Positions 60,528 through 64,000 of a DNA stretch of 64,000 bases are shown in pieces. The stretch lies in the sequence record OR776998; one strand, written 5' to 3'. Both the position numbers and the translations under genes were made by a program. The notes below the pieces were generated by a model. The model did not search any database and was not told the DNA's origin. It saw only the letters and a list, made by a program, of their open reading frames with translations. The stretch is from Escherichia phage YX22. Within the stretch, counting starts at the first letter, position 1; every line of letters starts with the position of its first letter.

Positions 60528-61636
60528 TCTACCTCCTGTTTGGTGTGCCATTGGTACTGGCTATCCTGTTTGTGATCTACCACCGCAAGACCCATGAGCC
60601 GAAAGAGACTCTGATAGCGACCGCGATTGTAGTGGTGCTATCCTGTCTGATTCAGGCGGGGACTTATGCTGCGTTCTCCCTTGGCAGTTCAGGGGATGTT
60701 GAGATCCTGAACGGGTACGTCACTGCAAAGGAGCGGAATGAGGTGAGCTGTGAGCATTCATATGAATGCAACTGTTACTACACCACATCGTGCTCCGGCT
60801 CCGGCAGCAGCAAGTCCTGTACCCGCACTCGCCATTGCAGTACATGTTATGAGCATTCATATGACGTGGACTGGGATGTGTTGACGACTGTCGGTAATCT
60901 GACGATTGACCGCATTGATCGTCGCGGCCTTGGTCAGCCCCCGCGCTGGGCGCAGGTTCAGATCGGCGAACCCGCAGCCCGTGAGCATTCCTACATGAAC
61001 TATGTGCTGGGTAACAAGGACTCTCTGTTCTCTCGTTCAGACCAGCAGTTTGCTGAGCGCTTCAAAGACAAGATTCCGAAGTATCCCGAAGTCTATGACT
61101 ACTATCGCGTCACTCGTGTACTGAATGTGTCTGGTCTGGCGTTACCGACCACATACTGGAACGATTATCTGAACAATACTCTGAAAACATTAGGTGCTTC
61201 ACGTCAGGTCAATATCGTCTGGGTTGTGACATCCGGTCAGCCAGTTGAATACTTCCAGGGCTTGGTCTATGCTTGGGATGGTGGTAAAAAGAACGACGTT
61301 ATCGTCGTGACCGACATCAGCAAAGATCTGAAGATCAACTGGGGTAAGAGCACTTCGTTCGCTGATGGTATGCATAACCGTGAACTCCATTCTCGTAATG
61401 GCATGGCTCTCACAGGTCACGACATGGGCGTCGGTGTCATGGCTGATGTTGTCGCTAACATCACCAAAGGCTACAACCGCGTTGAGATGAAGGAAATGGA
61501 GTACCTGAAGTGGCGGGAACTCAAGACCTGGGAAGTTGTGGTTGTTGTTCTGCTGGGCTGCTTACCATTCACCGCAATTTTCATATTGCAGCGAATGGAG
61601 TACAATGGTGGTCGTCGTTATCCGTTTAATTTTTAA
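60524..61636 (+). CDS. Cys-rich membrane protein
   Basis: Two N-terminal TM segments and one C-terminal TM. CEHSYECNCYYTTSC..CTRTRHCSTCYEHSY cluster, with the EHSY motif occurring three times. Confidence 0.6.
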   Translation: MIYLLFGVPLVLAILFVIYHRKTHEPKETLIATAIVVVLSCLIQAGTYAAFSLGSSGDVEILNGYVTAKERNEVSCEHSYECNCYYTTSCSGSGSSKSCTRTRHCSTCYEHSYDVDWDVLTTVGNLTIDRIDRRGLGQPPRWAQVQIGEPAAREHSYMNYVLGNKDSLFSRSDQQFAERFKDKIPKYPEVYDYYRVTRVLNVSGLALPTTYWNDYLNNTLKTLGASRQVNIVWVVTSGQPVEYFQGLVYAWDGGKKNDVIVVTDISKDLKINWGKSTSFADGMHNRELHSRNGMALTGHDMGVGVMADVVANITKGYNRVEMKEMEYLKWRELKTWEVVVVVLLGCLPFTAIFILQRMEYNGGRRYPFNF

Positions 61637-61654
61637 TCAAAAGAGGAAGTAAGA

Positions 61655-62224
61655 ATGTCTCAATCTAAGGGTATTGCAACAGGTTGGATAGTTGGTTTGG
61701 CTTTGCTGGGTGTAGTGATTCTCGGCATCGGTACAGTCATCAGCTACTTCAACGACTTCAACCGCACTGAGCAGCAGGTCAAGAAGTTCAACAAAGACTC
61801 CGAGAACTACCTGAGCAACTACACGCTCAAAGTTCAAGAGACGGCGCAGATTCCTGACATGTATAAAGACGGCCTGAAGGAAGTGATCAAAGGCACGTTC
61901 GAAGGACGTTATGGCGCTGATGGTTCCAAGGCCGTCATGCAGTGGATCCAAGAGCAGAATATTCAGTTCGATTCCAGCCTGTACAAAGAGATCCAGGTGG
62001 TGATCAGTTCTGGGCGTGATGAATTCCGCATCAGCCAGACCAAGAAGCTGGATATCTGCACAATATACGAAACCAAGCTGGCTCAGTTCCCTGGTTCGTT
62101 GATTGCTGGCATGTTCGGCTACCCGCGTATCGACCTTGACAAGACCTGTCAGGTGGTGAGTGATACCCGTACCCAGGCCGCGTTCGACGCTGGTATTCAG
62201 AAACCGATTAACTTCAAAGGCTGA
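61655..62224 (+). CDS. LemA-like membrane protein
   Basis: N-terminal TM, then a C-terminal ..IYETKLAQFPGSLIAGMFGY.. that matches the LemA ending YN..I..FPxNLxAxxFGF. Confidence 0.6.
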   Translation: MSQSKGIATGWIVGLALLGVVILGIGTVISYFNDFNRTEQQVKKFNKDSENYLSNYTLKVQETAQIPDMYKDGLKEVIKGTFEGRYGADGSKAVMQWIQEQNIQFDSSLYKEIQVVISSGRDEFRISQTKKLDICTIYETKLAQFPGSLIAGMFGYPRIDLDKTCQVVSDTRTQAAFDAGIQKPINFKG

Positions 62225-62228
62225 TGTC

Positions 62229-62642
62229 ATGAGCGTGAAACTCACTGAATCCCTGACACTGGACCAACAGCAGGCTCTGTTGGATGAAGTAGTGATCTCT
62301 GCTATCAAGCAAGGGATTATCAAAGACGACTTGTTGATTGACCGCCCCGAGATGATCCATCATCTGGTGGTGTGCCTGGGTGAGGCCAGCAACCCTCGCA
62401 AGAAGATCGTGCTGTTTACTGATGGTGTGATCCTTCCGAGCGGGAAATGTGCGTTCTTGGATGTGGTTGAACATCCGAACACGAAAGGCAAAGAGGTCAA
62501 GACTTCTGTTCCGGTGACTCCATACACCGAGGGTGTTGACCAGCTGTCTTGGTTTGAGACAATCAACACCATTTATGTGATGACACCGGACGGTAAACCA
62601 GTTCGGGATCTACGAGGCGGCAAAGTAGAATCTGAAGACTAA
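62229..62642 (+). CDS. hypothetical protein
   Basis: The ATG at 62229 (MSVKLTE) follows the LemA stop. Confidence 0.5.
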   Translation: MSVKLTESLTLDQQQALLDEVVISAIKQGIIKDDLLIDRPEMIHHLVVCLGEASNPRKKIVLFTDGVILPSGKCAFLDVVEHPNTKGKEVKTSVPVTPYTEGVDQLSWFETINTIYVMTPDGKPVRDLRGGKVESED

Positions 62643-62648
62643 TCGTTC

Positions 62649-62674
62649 TTCAATAAAAGGGGATAGGGTATTAT
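62649..62674 (+). promoter_or_regulatory. TTCAAT-N14-TATTAT promoter-like element
   Basis: TTCAATAAAAGGGGATAGGGTATTAT. Confidence 0.4.
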
Positions 62675-62690
62675 TGCTCTATCCCCTTTT
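62659..62690 (+). terminator. rho-independent terminator
   Basis: GGGGATAG...CTATCCCC followed by TTTT. Confidence 0.6.
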
Positions 62691-62753
62691 CATGGACAGG
62701 AACATGACAGACAAGCCAAGAAAGATGAAGAACAAACGCCGGAGCAAACGCTG

Positions 62754-63209
62754 ATGACTACCAAACCAACTTATGAAGAACTGGCACAGACCGTTCTGAC
62801 CTTTGACAGCACCCTGAAGAATCTTTACAAGGTGCTGGGAAATAACCCGACTTCAGAGTCAGGAGAAACAGTTAATCTTCTGTTACTGATGAACCCTCTG
62901 TGGGATATTGATGCCACTGTTGCTGCCCTGAAAGATCCTGAGGCACAGGAGCCGGAGCCAACCCCTGTATCCACTGGGATTCAGAAATACCTGGAGAACT
63001 TTGACGAGTACTCCTTCACCGATCTGCTCCTGCGTGATATGATCAACGCAGAACGCCGTCGCCAGGGGAAGAACTGTCCTGTGGTCCAGTCTGATGAAGA
63101 AATCGAGCAGAGTGTTCGAGAAGATCTGAACAACACCTACTCGCCGATCGATCTGGCTGTAATGATTGTTCAGGCGCTGTCCTATGCTGCCAAGGGGGAA
63201 ACGAAATGA
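62754..63209 (+). CDS. hypothetical protein
   Basis: 151-aa ORF with a GGAG SD. Confidence 0.55.
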   Translation: MTTKPTYEELAQTVLTFDSTLKNLYKVLGNNPTSESGETVNLLLLMNPLWDIDATVAALKDPEAQEPEPTPVSTGIQKYLENFDEYSFTDLLLRDMINAERRRQGKNCPVVQSDEEIEQSVREDLNNTYSPIDLAVMIVQALSYAAKGETK

Positions 63210-63406
63210 AGAAATCATCTGCGGCTGTTGCTGCTATGCTAGCGCTGTCAGAAATGGAAATCGTCGCCGCGCATCGTGGTGATGACATGTGGGGGCGTCG
63301 TTACACTCAGGGTGGCACACCCGGCGAACCGGGACATGGTCGCCCGTCTGTAACCCGCAAGAAGAAGGCGAAGACCAATGGAAAGAACAAGCGCAAACGT
63401 AAGTGA
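63206..63406 (+). CDS. small basic protein
   Basis: ATGA overlap with the previous gene. Lys/Arg-rich tail. Confidence 0.45.
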   Translation: MKKSSAAVAAMLALSEMEIVAAHRGDDMWGRRYTQGGTPGEPGHGRPSVTRKKKAKTNGKNKRKRK

Positions 63407-63468
63407 GGAGTGCCTGAAGGATCTTTCTGCAGGCACTCCAAAGTTGGCCAGATCATGGGTGATGTTTG

Positions 63469-63894
63469 ATGACCGACGAGATAATCTTCCTTCGAGCAGA
63501 GGTCGCTCGATTAAGTAAAACCGAACCCAAAAGTAGAGGATATGTTATGAGTTCTATTGAACAGCTGATCACCCCACAGTATGTGTACTCCAACATTGTT
63601 GAGCACCTGCGCTCACAGTTGAACGTGGGAACCCTGAGCAGCACTGACCTGAAAGATCTACAAATCGTTGAAGTCGAAGTGGCGGCCTTTGGTTCTCGCT
63701 ATCACTTCAATGTGGAATACACGCGTGTAGAAGAGCAGCAGTCCTCTATCATCGCGCTGGCTACTCCAGTCAACCCACGCAAAGAGCCTGTGTCGGTCAC
63801 TCGCACCATCATCGGCTATCTGGAAGAGAAGTTGGAACCTGGTGCCCAGCGCCCAACATTCGACTTCCAGGCGCGATTTGCCACCGAAGATTGA
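63469..63894 (+). CDS. hypothetical protein
   Basis: ATG at 63469. A terminator follows. Confidence 0.55.
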   Translation: MTDEIIFLRAEVARLSKTEPKSRGYVMSSIEQLITPQYVYSNIVEHLRSQLNVGTLSSTDLKDLQIVEVEVAAFGSRYHFNVEYTRVEEQQSSIIALATPVNPRKEPVSVTRTIIGYLEEKLEPGAQRPTFDFQARFATED

Positions 63895-63902
63895 TCTGAA
63901 CA

Positions 63903-63925
63903 AAGCCCTCAGTCGAGGGCTTTTT
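63903..63925 (+). terminator. rho-independent terminator
   Basis: AAGCCCTC-agtc-GAGGGCTT followed by TTT. Confidence 0.7.
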
Positions 63926-63950
63926 CAATTGAAGACACCCACCGTATTAT
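63924..63950 (+). promoter_or_regulatory. TTCAAT-N15-TATTAT promoter-like element
   Basis: Directly after the terminator, pointing out of the window. Confidence 0.35.
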
Positions 63951-64000
63951 ACCCACTCAACCAATATGTTTCCCTTTGACATTGATAGGATTTCTATACT

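Noticed and set aside
1-64000. Prophage or integrative-element signatures such as an integrase, att sites or a repressor
   Set aside because: None was seen. The gene content and T4-type module order fit a virulent phage.

Overview
This window looks like part of a large virulent myovirus with a T4-type core, of the rV5/phi92 kind. That call rests on my reading of the translated ORFs, not on any database search.

- **nt 1-43,700, almost all minus strand.** It starts with a UvsW helicase, a PD-(D/E)XK nuclease and small genes. A morphogenesis block follows in T4 gene order: neck gp13/14/15-like, small and large terminase, sheath, tube, portal, prohead core, protease, scaffold, major capsid. Next come a 1612-aa structural protein and a receptor-binding cluster: three tailspikes, a K1F-type endosialidase and a fibre. 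Baseplate gpI-like and gpJ-like genes close the block.
- **Mobile elements.** The large terminase carries a 159-aa mini-intein in its P-loop. Three homing-endonuclease-type genes are also present.
- **nt 43,950-47,470.** This is a plus-strand unit bounded by a promoter and a terminator. It holds two small ORFs, about 2 kb with no credible ORF but many long helices and tRNA-like modules, and two canonical tRNAs (CAU and Ser-GCU). I rate it the most unusual part of the window.
- **nt 47,600-64,000.** Early or middle genes: a family-B DNA polymerase, an ACC-deaminase-fold PLP enzyme, a HAD deoxynucleotidase, a GIY-YIG/P-loop fusion, and a LemA-like protein paired with a Cys-rich membrane protein.
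- **Recurrent regulatory motifs.** CTAAATA(cccc) is late-promoter-like. TTCAAT-N14/15-TAnnAT is a second promoter class.

Function calls come from motifs, synteny and remembered sequences. All RNA structures were paired by eye.
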